Below, one piece after another: positions 9,900 through 20,184 of a DNA stretch of 64,000 nucleotides (position 1 is the first letter of the stretch; every line of letters starts with the position of its first letter). Below the pieces are notes generated by a model that worked only from the letters and a program-made list of their open reading frames with translations, was not told the DNA's origin and searched no databases. Source of the stretch: Alphaproteobacteria bacterium (GTDB taxonomy: Bacteria > Pseudomonadota > Alphaproteobacteria > UBA828); assembly GCA_965214705.1 (NCBI GenBank), contig OZ243972.1, positions 3,168,001 to 3,232,000 on the forward strand. The letters are read 5' to 3'. A program made the position numbers and the translations under genes.

Positions 9900-9938
9900 G
9901 CCCAGGCGCCGCTCGCGGTGATCGGCGGGGGCGGCTGA
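9900..9938 (+). repeat. Right border repeat (attR-like): displaced original 3' end of the TPP-enzyme gene
   Basis: Encodes AQAPLAVIGGGG-stop versus AQAPLAVIGGS-stop at 1140-1175. Confidence 0.85.
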
Positions 9939-9942
9939 AGCA

Positions 9943-9977
9943 CCGGGCGGCGCGCCCTCTGGTTGCACGCCGCCCGG
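9943..9977. terminator. GC-rich hairpin between the displaced gene end and the convergent SBP gene
   Basis: CCGGGCGGCG...CGCCGCCCGG. Confidence 0.5.
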
Positions 9978-9993
9978 CTTCAAATCGGAACGT

Positions 9994-11031
9994 CTACTTC
10001 TTCAGGCGGGTCCACATGGTGTCGTAGACCTCCTGGGTCGCCTGATCGCACACCGCGACGAATGTGCCGGCGGGTGCATCGGCAGGCGGAACGGACTCGG
10101 GCTGGCTGGCCAGTTCCGGATCGAGATGCGGGGTCACGCCCTCGACGCCCGCCGCATAGCGCGCGAAGTTGGTGACCGCGGCGATGTTCTCCGGCTCCAG
10201 CAGGAAGTCCATGAACTTGATCGCGCTGGCCCGGTTGGGCGCGTCCTTCAGCAGCACGACGTTGTCCATCCAGACGACATAGCCCTGGCGCGGATAGGCG
10301 TATTCGATGTTGGCGCCCTCCGCCCGCGCCTTGGCGCCGAAGCCGTTCCAGATCATCCCCACGGCGGCATCGCCGGAGACCAGCACGTCCTTGGCGCCGT
10401 CCGAGTTGAAGGAGGCCCAGTGCGGCTTGGCCGCCTGCAGCAGCGCATCGAGCTGCTTGAGCTGCTCGCGGTCGTTCGAGCACTGCGGAATGCCCAGATG
10501 CAGGGCGGCCAGTAGCATGACCTCACCTTGGGAATCGAGGACGTTGATCTTGCCCTTCAGCTCGTCCGGCGGGTCATAGACGATGCCGGTGTCGTTGATG
10601 TCGCCTTGATAGACGTCCCGGTTCACCGAGAAGCTGGTCGAACCCCACTGATAGGGGATCGAGTGCATCCGGCCCGGATCGAAGGGCACGTCCACCCATT
10701 GCGGCTCGATGTTGCCCCGATTGGCGAGCTCGCCCTCGGCAATGGTGTCGAGCATGCCTTCGCCGATCATGATCTCGACCATGTAGTCGCCCGGCACGGC
10801 CACATCGTAGGAGCCGAGCTTGCCGGCCTTGAGCGAGGCCAGCATCGCTTCGTTGGAATCGAAGGTGTCCATGGTCACCTCGATCCCGGTCTCGGCCGCG
10901 AACTTGTCGAGCAGCTCCTGCGGGATGTACTCGAACCAGTGGTAGATCGAGAGCTTCTCCTGCGCGTGAGCCGCGCTCACGACAAACGTCAGTGCTAACG
11001 CCGCTACTCCGGCTTTGAGTAAGGTCCGCAT
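9994..11031 (-). CDS. potD: Polyamine ABC transporter substrate-binding protein (PotD/PotF family)
   Basis: Signal peptide; WFEYIP, FDSNE, PYQWG, WMDN motifs. Confidence 0.88.
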   Translation of the reverse strand: MRTLLKAGVAALALTFVVSAAHAQEKLSIYHWFEYIPQELLDKFAAETGIEVTMDTFDSNEAMLASLKAGKLGSYDVAVPGDYMVEIMIGEGMLDTIAEGELANRGNIEPQWVDVPFDPGRMHSIPYQWGSTSFSVNRDVYQGDINDTGIVYDPPDELKGKINVLDSQGEVMLLAALHLGIPQCSNDREQLKQLDALLQAAKPHWASFNSDGAKDVLVSGDAAVGMIWNGFGAKARAEGANIEYAYPRQGYVVWMDNVVLLKDAPNRASAIKFMDFLLEPENIAAVTNFARYAAGVEGVTPHLDPELASQPESVPPADAPAGTFVAVCDQATQEVYDTMWTRLKK

Positions 11032-11066
11032 GTCTCCCTCCTTGGTTGCGGTGTTTACGGTGAGGA

Positions 11067-11888
11067 TTACGCCTCCGCCTTCGTTCCAGGCCGCCCGTAC
11101 CGACTGATGAAATAGGACAGCGTGACGATCAGGATCGAGACGGAGAGCATGATGGTGCTGAGCGCCATGATGTCGGGTTTGATGCCCTGCTTGACGGCTC
11201 CGAAGATCGCCGTGGGCAGGGTTTCGATCCCGGCGCCCTTGATGAAATTGGTGATGATGAAATCGTCCAGCGAGATGATGAACGCCAACAGAAAGCCCGC
11301 GAGAATTCCGGGCGCCATCAATGGCATGAGGACGCGCAGGAACGCCTGGAACCGGCTCGCGTACAAGTCCTGCGCGGCCTCTTCGTAACTGCCGTCGATC
11401 CCCTGCAGGCGGGCCGCAATCGGCAGGTACGCGAAGGGAATACAGAAGACGATATGCGCCACGAGTATCGAGAGATAACCGAGCGTGAAGCCGATGGCGC
11501 TGAAGAACACCAGCGTCGCCACGGCCGTGACGATCTCCGGCACCATGATCGGCATGCTGATGAGCGCGAGGTTCAGCGCCTTCCCTTTGAAAGCCCCGCC
11601 CCGCACCATCGCCACCGCGGCGGCCGTGGCGATGATGGTGCTGGCGACGGCGGCGCTGAGAGCGATGGTGAGCGAATTCCAGGCGGCGTCCTTGAACTTC
11701 GCCGATTCCGGCCCGGTGAAGATTTCCATGTACCAGCGGAAGCTGAACCCGCCCCAGCGGGTGATCGAGAGCGAGTCGTTGAAGCTGTAGACCATCACCA
11801 CCAGGAGCGGCGCGTAGAGCACCACCAGGCAGAGGATCGTGATCGGCAGGAAGCCGGGGTAGCGTTTGATGTTGATTCTTTGCCGCAT
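11067..11888 (-). CDS. potC: Polyamine ABC permease (PotC-like)
   Basis: [12 protein letters not shown] loop, ISLDDF. Confidence 0.88.
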   Translation of the reverse strand: MRQRINIKRYPGFLPITILCLVVLYAPLLVVMVYSFNDSLSITRWGGFSFRWYMEIFTGPESAKFKDAAWNSLTIALSAAVASTIIATAAAVAMVRGGAFKGKALNLALISMPIMVPEIVTAVATLVFFSAIGFTLGYLSILVAHIVFCIPFAYLPIAARLQGIDGSYEEAAQDLYASRFQAFLRVLMPLMAPGILAGFLLAFIISLDDFIITNFIKGAGIETLPTAIFGAVKQGIKPDIMALSTIMLSVSILIVTLSYFISRYGRPGTKAEA

Positions 11889-11889
11889 C

Positions 11890-12816
11890 TCAGGCGGCCT
11901 GCGCGCTGCGCCGGGCTTGCCGGCGCGCATAGATGAAGAGCGCGATGAGCACGAGGGAGAGCAGGATCATCGATGCCGCCGCGCCGAAGGGCCAGTTGCC
12001 GGCGTTGCCCTTGAACTGCTCCTCGATGAGCGAGCCGATCAGGAAGTTCTTGGCGCCGCCGAGCAGGTCGGGCGCGAGGAAGGCGCCGAGGCTCGGCACG
12101 AAGACCAGGATGCACCCGGCCACGATGCCGGGCCACACGATCGGCAGGATGACCTTGTACAGGATCGTCCAGCGATTGGCGTAGAGGTCGGCGGCGGCTT
12201 CGGACAGCGCAAAGTCGTAGCGCTCCACCGAGGCATAGATGGGCAGCACCATGAAGGGCAGGTACGAGTAGAACAGGCCGAGCTGCACCGCGAAATCGGT
12301 GTTGATGAGCGCAATGGGCTCGCTGATGACGCCCAGGCCCATCAGGGCTTCGTTGAGCGGGCCGTTGTCCCGGATGAGGAACTTCATCGAGACCGTGCGG
12401 ATCAGCAGGTTCACCCAGTAGGGGACGGTCACCAGGAAGAGCCACATGGAGCGCGTCGCGGGCGAGCGCGTCGCGATGAAGTAGGCGGTCGGGAAGCCGA
12501 TGATCAGGCAGAGCAACGTGGCAACGGCAGCCTGGATGATCGAGCGCACGAAGATGACGATATAGGTCCACTCGATCTGCGGCGGCTCGTCGCCGAAGAG
12601 GCCGCGGTCGAAGATGAACTGGTCGTAAGCCGCGAGCGAGAACTCCCAGATCACGCCGCCCCGGAACTCCTTCGTCAGGAAGGAGTAAGCCAGCATCATC
12701 AGCACCGGCGCCACGAGGAAGAAGCCGATGATCACCCAGGTCGGAATCAGCAACGGGGTGCGCACCGGCGCGAAGGTGCGGGAGACCGCACGCGTGCTGG
12801 CGAGCTCGCCGGCCAT
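11890..12816 (-). CDS. potB: Polyamine ABC permease (PotB-like)
   Basis: [24 protein letters not shown]. Confidence 0.88.
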   Translation of the reverse strand: MAGELASTRAVSRTFAPVRTPLLIPTWVIIGFFLVAPVLMMLAYSFLTKEFRGGVIWEFSLAAYDQFIFDRGLFGDEPPQIEWTYIVIFVRSIIQAAVATLLCLIIGFPTAYFIATRSPATRSMWLFLVTVPYWVNLLIRTVSMKFLIRDNGPLNEALMGLGVISEPIALINTDFAVQLGLFYSYLPFMVLPIYASVERYDFALSEAAADLYANRWTILYKVILPIVWPGIVAGCILVFVPSLGAFLAPDLLGGAKNFLIGSLIEEQFKGNAGNWPFGAAASMILLSLVLIALFIYARRQARRSAQAA

Positions 12817-13904
12817 CAGTCCACCAGGAGCCGGGCGCCGCCGGGCGCGATGGCGAGACCGACCCGGTCTCCGTTGCGGAAGGATGTCGTGTCGCTGCCG
12901 ACGTTCTGCGCCCGCACCAGCACGTCCGGTCCTTCGTCCAGCCGCACGCCATACTGGATGTCGGTGCCGAGATAGACGATCTGGTCCACCACGCCGGTGA
13001 GGCCGCTGTCGCACGCCGCCTCGGGCACGAGCGAGAGCCGTTCCGGGCGGATCAGCACGTGGGCGGTGGCGCCGTCCTGCGGCGGCGTCCCCGCGGCCTC
13101 ACAGGGAAAGACCGCGCCGTTGGGCAGGCGGCTATGCCAGGCACCGTCCGGCCCGCGCTGCACGGTCACGTCGAGGACGTTGGTCTCGCCGATGAAGTCG
13201 GCCACGAAGCGGTCGTTGGGCGCCTCGTAGATTTCGTGCGGCGTGCCCACCTGCCGGATCTCGCCCGCCGACATGACGGCGATGCGGTCCGACATCGTCA
13301 GCGCCTCCTCCTGGTCGTGGGTGACGAAGACGAAGGTGATGCCGGTTTCCTCCTGAATCTGCTTCAGCTCGATGCGCATCGCCTGGCGGAGCTTGAGGTC
13401 GAGCGCGGACAGCGGCTCGTCGAGCAGGAGCACCTTGGGCCGGGGCGCCATGGCGCGGGCGAGCGCGACCCGCTGCTGCTGCCCGCCGGAAAGCTGCGCC
13501 GGCCTGCGCGCCGCGAGGTCGCCGAGCTTCACCAGGTCGAGAATGCGGCCGGTCTGGTCCTCGATATCGGCCTTGCTCCAGCCGAGCCTGCGCATGCCGA
13601 AGGCCACGTTCTCCGCCACCGTCATGTGCGGAAAGAGCGCGTAGTGCTGAAAGACCGTGTTGATCGGGCGCCGGTTGGGGGGCAGTGTCCCGATGTCCTC
13701 GCCGTAGAGCAGGATTTCGCCTTCGGTGATCTCCTCGAAGCCCGCGATCAGGCGGAGCAGGGTGGTCTTGCCGCAGCCGGACGGGCCGAGCAGGGTGAAG
13801 AACTCGTTGTCCCGAATCGTCAGGCTCACGCCGGCGAGCGCCGTCACCGCGCCGAAGCGCTTGACGGCGTTGCGCACGTCGATGGCGATGTCTTGCTCGG
13901 ACAA
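12816..13904 (-). CDS. potA: Polyamine ABC ATPase (PotA-like)
   Basis: GPSGCGKT, LSGGQQQR, LLDEP, TOBE-like tail. Confidence 0.9.
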   Translation of the reverse strand: MSEQDIAIDVRNAVKRFGAVTALAGVSLTIRDNEFFTLLGPSGCGKTTLLRLIAGFEEITEGEILLYGEDIGTLPPNRRPINTVFQHYALFPHMTVAENVAFGMRRLGWSKADIEDQTGRILDLVKLGDLAARRPAQLSGGQQQRVALARAMAPRPKVLLLDEPLSALDLKLRQAMRIELKQIQEETGITFVFVTHDQEEALTMSDRIAVMSAGEIRQVGTPHEIYEAPNDRFVADFIGETNVLDVTVQRGPDGAWHSRLPNGAVFPCEAAGTPPQDGATAHVLIRPERLSLVPEAACDSGLTGVVDQIVYLGTDIQYGVRLDEGPDVLVRAQNVGSDTTSFRNGDRVGLAIAPGGARLLVD

Positions 13905-13934
13905 CGGCGCCTCCCTTCGCCTGTCAATCCGCGC

Positions 13935-14873
13935 CTAGTGGAGAGGGATGTTCGGCCCGGTCAGGGTCTTGAGCGCGTAGTCGGGCTCATCCACTCTGGA
14001 GAAGCCGACCCTGGACAACCACTCGTCCGTGGAGAGCCCGAGGATCTCCGTCTCCGACGTCAAGTTGGTGAACGCGCCGGAGGGCAGGGTCACGTAGGGG
14101 GCGCAGGCCAGCGCACAGCCCACGTGATTCTTCGGAATGTGGGACGCCTTCCAGCCGATGTAGATCTTCTTGTAGCGCGCGCCCTGATTCTCGCCGCACA
14201 GATACGCCGCATAGGCGATCCTGTTGAGCCTGTTGTCGAGCCTGGTTCTCACCGACTCTTCCTCGTCTCCCGCGAGGTGCATGATTCCCGTGTCTTCCAT
14301 GAAGAGGCACGCGTGATTGTCGCGATCTTCCGCAATCGCAAAGCCCAGCGCGCACCAGATCCACATGTTGCCGTCCGAGACCATGCTCGTGCGGTACTTC
14401 TCCGCACAAACGACCATGGCCCCTTCCTGCGGCGGGAAGTGCCGTTCGTCGGCAACGCCGAAGAGTTGCCGGGTCGCATCGCGCAACGGAATGAGGGAGT
14501 AAATCGGAATGTTCTCGATGCGCCCGACGGGATACGTCTTGCCGATGCGGGAATCGACGGCCAGGTCGTAGCCCCAGATCGCCCCATTCACGCCGCTGAA
14601 CGACGACGCCTGCAGCATATTAACCTGGCCGATATAGGAATCGTTACATTCGGCGCGGTCGTAGGACACGATTTCGGCCATGCCTTGATCCAAATCCTCC
14701 TCGAACGGAAATCCGGGAAACTGTTCCAGGTTTACGGCGCCTGTCGAAAGCAGGATGGTCGAAATGTAGGACCCCGGCTGACCCGTCGCCGTCGGCTCCT
14801 GATACCCCCCGCAGCTGCTCGCCGTCGTGTTGCGACAATTCCGGACGATCTCTTCTATACGAGCGTCAGCCAT
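13935..14873 (-). CDS. hdcA: Pyruvoyl-dependent histidine decarboxylase proenzyme
   Basis: IVSYDRAE..YIGQVNMLQASSFSG (Ser-Ser self-cleavage site), FMED, APYV, as in Lactobacillus 30a HDC. Confidence 0.85.
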   Translation of the reverse strand: MADARIEEIVRNCRNTTASSCGGYQEPTATGQPGSYISTILLSTGAVNLEQFPGFPFEEDLDQGMAEIVSYDRAECNDSYIGQVNMLQASSFSGVNGAIWGYDLAVDSRIGKTYPVGRIENIPIYSLIPLRDATRQLFGVADERHFPPQEGAMVVCAEKYRTSMVSDGNMWIWCALGFAIAEDRDNHACLFMEDTGIMHLAGDEEESVRTRLDNRLNRIAYAAYLCGENQGARYKKIYIGWKASHIPKNHVGCALACAPYVTLPSGAFTNLTSETEILGLSTDEWLSRVGFSRVDEPDYALKTLTGPNIPLH

Positions 14874-14885
14874 CGCCTCGTTCCT

Positions 14886-15647
14886 TCAGGCCGTGAATCC
14901 GAGCCGCCTGCCGAGATCGTCAGCGGCCTCGGCCAGTTTCTGCTTGATGCGGGTGGGCTCCATGGGGCGGAAGCGGTCCGCGAGCCCGGTGATGCCGACC
15001 GAGTAGAGGACGTAGCCGCCGTTCACGCGGATCGGGTGGCCGTAGCTCAGCACACCGGCGTCCAGCTCGTTGTCGCAGACCGCCACGCCGTCCGCGCGGA
15101 TCTGCTCGAGCTCGTCGAGGATGTCGGCCTCCTCCACCTTGGTCTTGTCCGTGAAGCGCGGGCGCGGGCGCGACAGGTAGCGGGCCACGAACTCGTCGTC
15201 CTGAAACGCCAGGATCGCCTTGCCGCTGGCCGCCGCGTGCAACGGCAGCTGCCGGCCCGGCTGCACGAAGGCGCGGTCCGAGCCCGAGGGCTGCTCCATC
15301 AGCACGGACTCGGCGAAGTCGCCGTTGAGCCGGGCCAGATGGGCGGTCTCGCCGAACTCCGCCACGAGCCCGTCGAGGACGGATTTCGCCAGCCCCGCAT
15401 AGCCCGCCCGGTCCATGGTCGTGTGCAGCAGGGTCTGCAGGCGCGGCCCGGTCACGTAGCTCTTGGTGCCGGGCACGCTCCGCAGCATGTCGAGGTCCAC
15501 GAGCCCGCGAATCAGGCGATGCGCCGTCCCCGGCTGCAGGTCCATCTCCCGCGCGATCTCCGAGAGCGTCACGCCGGTCCTGGCGCGCGCGACCGTTTCC
15601 AGCACCCGGATGTACCGGCCCAGCGGCTTGTCGTTGCTATCGCTCAT
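14886..15647 (-). CDS. IclR-family transcriptional regulator
   Basis: N-terminal HTH (LSEIAREM..TAHRLI), LPLHAAASGKAILA. Confidence 0.9.
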   Translation of the reverse strand: MSDSNDKPLGRYIRVLETVARARTGVTLSEIAREMDLQPGTAHRLIRGLVDLDMLRSVPGTKSYVTGPRLQTLLHTTMDRAGYAGLAKSVLDGLVAEFGETAHLARLNGDFAESVLMEQPSGSDRAFVQPGRQLPLHAAASGKAILAFQDDEFVARYLSRPRPRFTDKTKVEEADILDELEQIRADGVAVCDNELDAGVLSYGHPIRVNGGYVLYSVGITGLADRFRPMEPTRIKQKLAEAADDLGRRLGFTA

Positions 15648-15667
15648 CGCCCGCGCCGTCGGGTTGG

Positions 15668-17989
15668 TCAGGAGACATCGCGCTGCTGCAGTGCCGTGAC
15701 CACGCGCTCCGGCGTGATCGGCATCTCGAACACGCGCACGCCGATGGCATCGGCGACCGCGTTGGCGATGGCGGGTGCGACGGCGGTCATGGCCGGCTCG
15801 CCGATGCCCTTGGCGCCGAAGGGGCCGACGCCGCTGCGGGATTCGAGGATGATGCACTCGACGTTGGGCATATCCATCGCCGTCGGCATCAGGTATTCGC
15901 TGAAGGACGGCGTGACCAGCCGGCCCTCCTCGTAGAGCATCTCCTCGCTGAGCGCGTAGCCCTGCCCGTTCTGCGCGCCGCCCTGGATCTGGCCCTCGAC
16001 CGCCGCCGGGTTGATGCACTGGCCGACATCGTGGGCGGCGACGCTCTTCAGCACCTCGACCTCGCCGGTCTCCACGTCGACCGAGACCTCGACCGCGTGC
16101 GCGCCGTAGGCGTAGTCCGGGTGGGCCTGGCCCTGCCCGGTCTCGGGATCGAGAAAGTCGCCGAAGGGCGCGCGGAAGATCGCGAGCTCCGAACGGTGGA
16201 TGCCCTCGGCCGCGCAGGTGCGCACCAGGTCCACCAGCGGCATGGTCTTTTCCGGGTTGTCGATGACGAAGACCTCGCTGAAGGCCATGTCGATCTCGTC
16301 CGGCGTGACGCCGAATTCTTGGGCCGCGCGTTCGGCGAGGCGGGCGCGCAGCCCCTCGGCCGCCTGCTTGGCGGCGTTGCCGGTCATGTAGAGCGCGCGC
16401 GTCGCCGTGGTGGTGCCGGCGAGCGGGGTCACGGCGGAATCGCTGTTGTAGATGACGACGTTGTCGAGGGTGACGCCCAGCACCTCCACCGCGATCTGGC
16501 CGAGCGCCGAGATCTGGCCGGCGCCGATGTCGGTGACGCCGGAGCGCACCACCACGGTGCCGTCCATCTCGACGCCGACCCAGGCCTCCGAGGTGTCGTG
16601 CAGGAAGGTGAGGCGGCCATAGCTCTGCTGGTAGCAGGCGAGGCCGCGGCCGGTGCGGATCGGCCCTTCCGCCGGCGTGGGCTCGCCCAGCCCGGCCCAG
16701 GCCTTCTCGGCGCACTGCTCGGTCCAGATCGCGCTCGGCGGCACGAAGCCCGTGGACATGGGCTCGCCGGTCTTGAGGAAGTTCCGGCGCCGGAGCTCCA
16801 GGCGGTCGATGCCGAGCGTGTTGGCGATCTCGTCCATCTGCTGCTCGTAGGCCGCGCAGGCCTGCAATGCGCCGAAGCCGCGAAAGGCACTCGTGTACAT
16901 GTTGTTGGTCGCGACCGCCCGGGCGAAGACGTTGAGGTTGTCGACCCGGTAGGGGCCGGGTGCCGCCACCAGCGCGTAAAGGATGACGTAGGGGCTGAGG
17001 AACACGTAGGCGCCGGCATCGGCGATCATGTTCACGTCGAGCGCCGTGATCTTGCCCTCCTTCGTGACCCCGGTGCGGTAGGTCAGGATGAAGGGGTGGC
17101 GCTTGCCGTGGCCCACGAAGGAATCCTCGCGCGAGTATTCCAGCCGCACCGGCCGCCCGGTCTGCTTGGCGAGCAGCGCGAGATAGACCTCGACGGTCAG
17201 GTCCTCCTTGCCGCCGAAGCCGCCGCCCACCAGCGCGCCGCGCACGCGCACCTTGTTGTGCGGCACGCCGAGGGCGTCCGCGATGGGCCGGAAGTGCTCG
17301 ATCACCTGGGTCGAGACCCGGATGTTGACCACGTCGTTCTCGTCCACCCAGGCGAGGCCGACCTCCGGCTCCAGGAAGGCGTGCTCCTGGAACGGCGTCC
17401 TGTAGGTGTTCTCGACGATCAGGTCGGCCCTGGCGAAGCCCGCCTCGACATCGCCCTTCTTGATCTTGCGCTCGGCGACGATATTGTCTTCGCCGTAGAC
17501 CAGCGGCGCGCCGGGCTTCAGCGCCTCCAGGGTGTCGTAGACGCCGGGGATCGGCTCCAGCTCGAACTCGATCAGCTCTGCCGCGTGGTCGGCGATGTCG
17601 CGGGTCTCCGCCGCGATCAGCGCCAGCGGCTCGCCGAAGTAGCGCACCCGGTCCCTCACCAGAATCGGCTGGTCGGTATCGAGGCGCTTCTGCCCGGTCT
17701 GGCCGGGGATGTCGGTAGCGGCCGTGCGGTCGGCGAGGTCGTCGGCGGTGAGCACGCAGGCGACGCCCCGGAGCGCCCGTGCCTTCGAGACATCGAGGCG
17801 CACGAGCCGTGCGCTCGCGATATCGGCGCGCAGCACCCGCATGTGCAGCATGTTCGGCATCACGTAATCGCCGGCGTAGGGGGTGCGGCCGGTAACCTTG
17901 CCCGGCGCATCGGTGCGGGTCAGCGGCTTGCCGACCTGCCGGAACTGGACGTTGGCCAGCGTCCCCGGATCGATGTCGGTGTGGGTCAT
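15668..17989 (-). CDS. Xanthine-dehydrogenase-family molybdopterin subunit
   Basis: GGGFGGK, AFRGFG, DIGAG, AKGIGEP. Confidence 0.92.
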   Translation of the reverse strand: MTHTDIDPGTLANVQFRQVGKPLTRTDAPGKVTGRTPYAGDYVMPNMLHMRVLRADIASARLVRLDVSKARALRGVACVLTADDLADRTAATDIPGQTGQKRLDTDQPILVRDRVRYFGEPLALIAAETRDIADHAAELIEFELEPIPGVYDTLEALKPGAPLVYGEDNIVAERKIKKGDVEAGFARADLIVENTYRTPFQEHAFLEPEVGLAWVDENDVVNIRVSTQVIEHFRPIADALGVPHNKVRVRGALVGGGFGGKEDLTVEVYLALLAKQTGRPVRLEYSREDSFVGHGKRHPFILTYRTGVTKEGKITALDVNMIADAGAYVFLSPYVILYALVAAPGPYRVDNLNVFARAVATNNMYTSAFRGFGALQACAAYEQQMDEIANTLGIDRLELRRRNFLKTGEPMSTGFVPPSAIWTEQCAEKAWAGLGEPTPAEGPIRTGRGLACYQQSYGRLTFLHDTSEAWVGVEMDGTVVVRSGVTDIGAGQISALGQIAVEVLGVTLDNVVIYNSDSAVTPLAGTTTATRALYMTGNAAKQAAEGLRARLAERAAQEFGVTPDEIDMAFSEVFVIDNPEKTMPLVDLVRTCAAEGIHRSELAIFRAPFGDFLDPETGQGQAHPDYAYGAHAVEVSVDVETGEVEVLKSVAAHDVGQCINPAAVEGQIQGGAQNGQGYALSEEMLYEEGRLVTPSFSEYLMPTAMDMPNVECIILESRSGVGPFGAKGIGEPAMTAVAPAIANAVADAIGVRVFEMPITPERVVTALQQRDVS

Positions 17990-18483
17990 GGTGCACCTCC
18001 CTCGGCGCGCATGTCGTCGGCCGCGTCGGCGATGGCCTCGAAAATCTTGGTGTAGCCGGTGCAGCGGCAGAGGTTGCCGCTCAGCCCTAGGCGAATGTCC
18101 TCTTCGCTCGGCTCCGGGTGCTCGTCGATGATCGCCTTGGCTGCGATGATGATGCCCGGAATGCAGTAGCCGCATTGCGCGGCGCCGCCGTCGGCGAACG
18201 CCTTCTGCAGCGGATGCGGCGAGTCCAGGTCGCCGAGGCCGGAGACGGTGGTGATCTCCTTGCCCGCCGCCATCCAGGCCAGCGTCAGGCAACTGTCCAC
18301 GGCCATGCCGTCGAGCAGCACGGCGCAGGCGCCGCAGTCGCCCTTCTCGCAGCCGCACTTCACCTCCATGTGGCCGAGGTGGCGCAGCGCCTCCAGCAGT
18401 GTGCGATGGGCCGGGAAGCGCCCTTCCTCCTCGCGGCCGTTGATGCGAAGCGTAATGATCCGTTCTTCAGGCATGAGCGTCAC
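17986..18483 (-). CDS. Mo-hydroxylase 2Fe-2S subunit
   Basis: GCEKGDCGAC, QCGYC, NLCRCTGY. Confidence 0.93.
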   Translation of the reverse strand: MTLMPEERIITLRINGREEEGRFPAHRTLLEALRHLGHMEVKCGCEKGDCGACAVLLDGMAVDSCLTLAWMAAGKEITTVSGLGDLDSPHPLQKAFADGGAAQCGYCIPGIIIAAKAIIDEHPEPSEEDIRLGLSGNLCRCTGYTKIFEAIADAADDMRAEGGAP

Positions 18484-18487
18484 TCCC

Positions 18488-19354
18488 TCAGGCCAGCCGG
18501 TCCCACGCCTGGGTCACCAGGCGCCGGGTCAGGGCTTCGACCGTGTGGCGGCGGTAGCCGGCGGAGGCCCGGATGTCGTCGATGGGCGTGCACGTACTCG
18601 CCGCCGCTTCGGCCGCCGCGTCGATCAGCGCTGGCGTCAGCGTCTGGCCTTCGAGCACCGCCTCCGCCTCCTTGACGCGGCGCACGACGGGCGCGACGGA
18701 CGCGAGCGCGATCCGCGCCCTGGTGCAGGTGCCGTCCGCCACCGACAGCGCCACCGCCACGCCGGTGACGGTGATGGCATCGCCCTTGCGCCGCGCCAGC
18801 TTGTAGAAGGTGTTCGCCGAGTTCTCCGGCAGCCGCGGCCATGAAATCCGGGTGATCAGCTCGTCCGGCCGGCGCGCATCCTGCTTGTAGCCGAGGTAGT
18901 AGTCGTCCAGCGCCAGCGTGCGCGTGCCGGATACGCTGGCCAGTTCCAACTCGGCGTCGAGCACGAGCAGCGGCGGCACCAGGTCCGCCGCCGGCGAGCC
19001 GCTCGCAATGTTGCCGGCGACCGTCCCGGTGTTGCGCACCATCAGGCCGCCGAAGAGGCGCGCGGCCTCGATCAGCGAAGGCGCTTCCCGTGCGATCTCC
19101 GGCGAGCGCAGCAGGTCGCTCACCGTGGTGCGCCCGCCGATGGAGATACGCTCCGGCCCGAACTCCATGCCGAGCAGCTCGTCCACCTCGCCAAGGCCCA
19201 CCATCCGGTCCGGCCGCTCGCGCTTCGCGCGAATGTCGACGATCAGGTTCGTGCCGCCCGCGATGGGCAGCACGGTCTCGCCGCCGCCGTTCGCCAGGGC
19301 CGCCAGGGCGCCGTCGAGATCGGTCGGAATGTCCAATTGAAACGGTGCGTACAT
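18488..19354 (-). CDS. Mo-hydroxylase FAD subunit
   Basis: IAGGTNL, VRNTGTVAGN, PIDDIRASAGYRR. Confidence 0.92.
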   Translation of the reverse strand: MYAPFQLDIPTDLDGALAALANGGGETVLPIAGGTNLIVDIRAKRERPDRMVGLGEVDELLGMEFGPERISIGGRTTVSDLLRSPEIAREAPSLIEAARLFGGLMVRNTGTVAGNIASGSPAADLVPPLLVLDAELELASVSGTRTLALDDYYLGYKQDARRPDELITRISWPRLPENSANTFYKLARRKGDAITVTGVAVALSVADGTCTRARIALASVAPVVRRVKEAEAVLEGQTLTPALIDAAAEAAASTCTPIDDIRASAGYRRHTVEALTRRLVTQAWDRLA

Positions 19355-19376
19355 CCTGACGCCTCCCGCTATTGCC

Positions 19377-20159
19377 TCACACGTCCCAGCCGCCGTCGAC
19401 CGTGATGGCCTGGCCGGTGATCTGGCGGCTGTCCTCGCTCGCCATGAACAGCACGGCGTTGGCCACGTCCTGGCAGGTGGTGACACGCTTCAGGCACATC
19501 TCCTGAACGTATTCGTCGTAGACCTCGTCGATGGTCCAGCCGCGCACGCGGGCTTTCTCTTCGCAGAGCTTCTGCATGCGCGGCGTCTCGACGATGCCGG
19601 GGCAGACCGCGTTGACGTTGACGTTGTACTTGCCGACCTCCAGCGCGACCGTGCGCGTGATGCCGCGCACCGCCCACTTCGACGCGCTGTAGGCTGTCCG
19701 CATGGCGTAGCCGCGCAGGCCCGAGGTGCCGCCGATGTTGACGATCTTGCCGCTCTTCTGCGCGATCATGGTCGGCACCACGTGCTTGATGGGCAGGAAG
19801 GTGCCGATCTCGTTGGCCCTGATGACGTAGTCGAAGTCGGCCACGTCGATGTCCTGCACCGGCGTCTCGATGGGCCCGGTGACGCCCGCGATGTTGACCA
19901 GGATGTCGATGCGCCCGTCGAAGGCCTCAAGGGCCTTGTCGACCACGGCCTTGACCTCGGCATCTTCGGTCACGTCGCAGGCCACGACGTGGGCCTCGCG
20001 CCCGAGCGCGCGCACGTCCGCAGCGACCTGCTCGAGCGGCTGGGTGTCGCGGGCGGTCAGCACGACATCGGCGCCCTCGCGCGCGAGTGTCGTCGTGATG
20101 GCCGCGCCCATGCCCTTCGCGGCGCCGGTGACGATCGCCTTCTTGCCGTCCACTTTCAC
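19377..20159 (-). CDS. SDR-family oxidoreductase
   Basis: TGAAKGMG, YSASK, VDGG. Confidence 0.92.
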   Translation of the reverse strand: MKVDGKKAIVTGAAKGMGAAITTTLAREGADVVLTARDTQPLEQVAADVRALGREAHVVACDVTEDAEVKAVVDKALEAFDGRIDILVNIAGVTGPIETPVQDIDVADFDYVIRANEIGTFLPIKHVVPTMIAQKSGKIVNIGGTSGLRGYAMRTAYSASKWAVRGITRTVALEVGKYNVNVNAVCPGIVETPRMQKLCEEKARVRGWTIDEVYDEYVQEMCLKRVTTCQDVANAVLFMASEDSRQITGQAITVDGGWDV

Positions 20160-20184
20160 TGCACTGTTCTCCTGCTTGCGTCGC

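Noticed and set aside
13059-17996. Very long alternative ORFs (958 and 1036 aa here; also 38112-40889 and 49564-51861)
   Set aside because: Antisense or off-frame shadows typical of high-GC DNA; only the C-terminal IclR part of 14886-17996 is real.
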